A DNA stretch of 63,995 nucleotides, filler included, from Lenisia limosa (taxonomy: Eukaryota > Protista > Breviatea), in the NCBI GenBank assembly GCA_001655205.1. It is 11 parts of 11 records of this genome, joined end to end, with 100 filler letters (N's around TTAATTAATTAA, not from the genome) between each part and the next. Parts side by side here need not be neighbours in the genome. Positions count along the whole stretch, not along the records: positions 60,440 to 63,995 come from LPNZ01001434.1; 10 more parts are not named here. One strand, given 5' to 3'. The translations under genes and the position numbers were made by a program. The notes under the pieces were generated by a model, which did no database searches, had not been told where the DNA came from, and was given only the letters and a program-made list of their open reading frames with translations. Within the stretch, counting starts at the first letter, position 1. Each line of letters starts with the position of its first letter. This document shows, piece by piece, positions 62,585-63,995 of the stretch.

Positions 62585-63995
62585 ATGGTAAGTGGGAGTT
62601 ACGTCCTTTCGACCGGAAATAAACTTAGTCTTCGATCTGCCTTCGGAGTGGTTCTCACTCCTGGCCTTAAATGTTCATTCTCTGACCTGTGTGTGTAGGA
62701 CTACGACAAATCTATTGACATCAACACCGTCAACGAGATCCGCGGACGCGGAACCGTCTACTACGGATGTGGTGTAGGCCTTTTCCTTGAACTCTTGTTT
62801 TATTGACTCTCATCCAGGCCATCAACAAGGCCGGACACATCTGCGAGCAGCTCGTCAAAAAGGGTGTCAAGAAGATGCTTGTTGTCACTGGCAAGTCTTC
62901 TTACCTCAGCTGCGGTGCCTGGGAGCCTTGCCTTGCTGCCTTCAAGGAGCACAACATTGAGATCTGCCAGTAAGTGGGGCAATGTGGCTGTTCTTCGGAA
63001 ATCAGTCTCCTTGTTTCCGTCAACTCTTTGCTGAAAGGTCTCGCTTTATCACTAATATTTAATACTTATACTAGTCTAAGGCCTTTTCCCGTTCAATTTG
63101 TTTGTGTAATAAAATGCCGGCCTTGTCATGTTCTCTAATCGTAGTTCTGCTTCAGTCACCCTGGTTTTATGTTGTTTGTAAGGCGTTTTTTACGATTTTA
63201 GCTACAACGGCTTCAAGCCCAACCCTGAGGACGGTCAAGTCGATGAGGCTGTCAAGATGGCCAAGGAGAAGGGCTGCGTTGACGCTGTCTGGGCTATTGG
63301 AGGTGGTTCTGTCGAGGACGGTGGAAAGGCCGCTGCTATCCTTCTTGCCCCCGAGCATGCTGGTATGTATGGCTTTATCTGGTAACAGACTGCAATTTTA
63401 ATGAGTTTCATTTGTCACTTTTTTTTTCCCAACCATTCTTCTCTCTGTTCTTTTCTGACTGTTTTAGATGACAACTGCGAGGCTGTCTTCACCTACAAGG
63501 TTACCCCCGCTGCTGCCGTCCCCATTGTGTGCGTCAACACTTCTCACGGAACCGGAAGTAAGCCGCGGGTAGTCTTTTCCGTCTTCTCTTTGGGCTTAAT
63601 TTGACTTAAATCTTATGTGTTGTTATATTCCGGGCTTCCGGGAAGTTTTTCATTTTTTTACTTGGTGATCATGACGAATAGTTTGACTTTTCTCACTCTC
63701 CAGCCGAGGCTGATATGTTCTCCGTCGTCTCTGTCCTTAAGTACAACTACAAGCCATACATCGCCTCCGAGCACATCTACCCCCTCTTCGCCATTGATGA
63801 TCCTTCTCTCTGCACTTCTCTCAACAAGGTCCAGACCCTCTACACCTCTGTCGATGCTCTCAACCACGTCAACGAGGCTTGCTCCACCAAGGTCACCTCT
63901 CCCTACGTCCAGATGATGGCTAAGGAGGTCGGCCGCATCGTCTTCCGCTACACCAAGCGCGCTATTGACAACCCCGAGGACAAGGAGGCCCGTTA
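62585..63995 (+). CDS. Iron-containing alcohol dehydrogenase (Fe-ADH), prokaryote-like subfamily; 3'-truncated
   Basis: ATG|intron|DYDKSIDINTVNEIRGRGTVYYGCGAINK...MLVVTGKSSY...KPNP..GQVDEAVK...AIGGGSVEDGGKAAAILL...VNTSHGTGSEAD...YKP...IYPLFAIDDP...VDALNHVNEA. NAD(P)-binding GGGS and metal-binding D..H motifs present; five introns. Confidence 0.92.

Noticed and set aside
35911-63995. A physical anaerobic gene cluster or operon
   Set aside because: The three genes are on separate contigs joined by artificial spacers.

Overview
Intron-rich nuclear DNA from a microbial eukaryote; the species cannot be identified from the sequence. The window is not one locus. It is 11 short contigs joined by an artificial 100-bp spacer (44 N + TTAATTAATTAA + 44 N), so co-occurrence across spacers is not linkage. 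The supplied ORF track is mostly uninformative because exons are short, so I spliced gene models by eye at GT-AG junctions and their ends are approximate. Recognisable genes: a polycystin-1-like REJ-GPS-5TM protein; a secreted protein with at least 13 copies of an ~60-aa Cys-rich module; a Tmc/NarX-like membrane protein; a TPR protein; RPP21; an SDT1-like HAD nucleotidase; TMEM87/PTM1; a WCA (Arp2/3-activator-like) protein; a SET1-type C-terminus; a divergent dynein heavy-chain linker; and PUS3. Three anaerobic-metabolism genes stand out: the [FeFe]-hydrogenase maturase HydG with a mitochondrial-type presequence, a kinetoplastid-type fumarate reductase fused to a cytochrome-b5-reductase-like domain, and a prokaryote-type iron-containing alcohol dehydrogenase. 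Introns contain hAT-type and Tc1/mariner-type MITEs, an asymmetric hairpin repeat, and a repeat whose C-rich end abuts acceptors when sense and donors when antisense.
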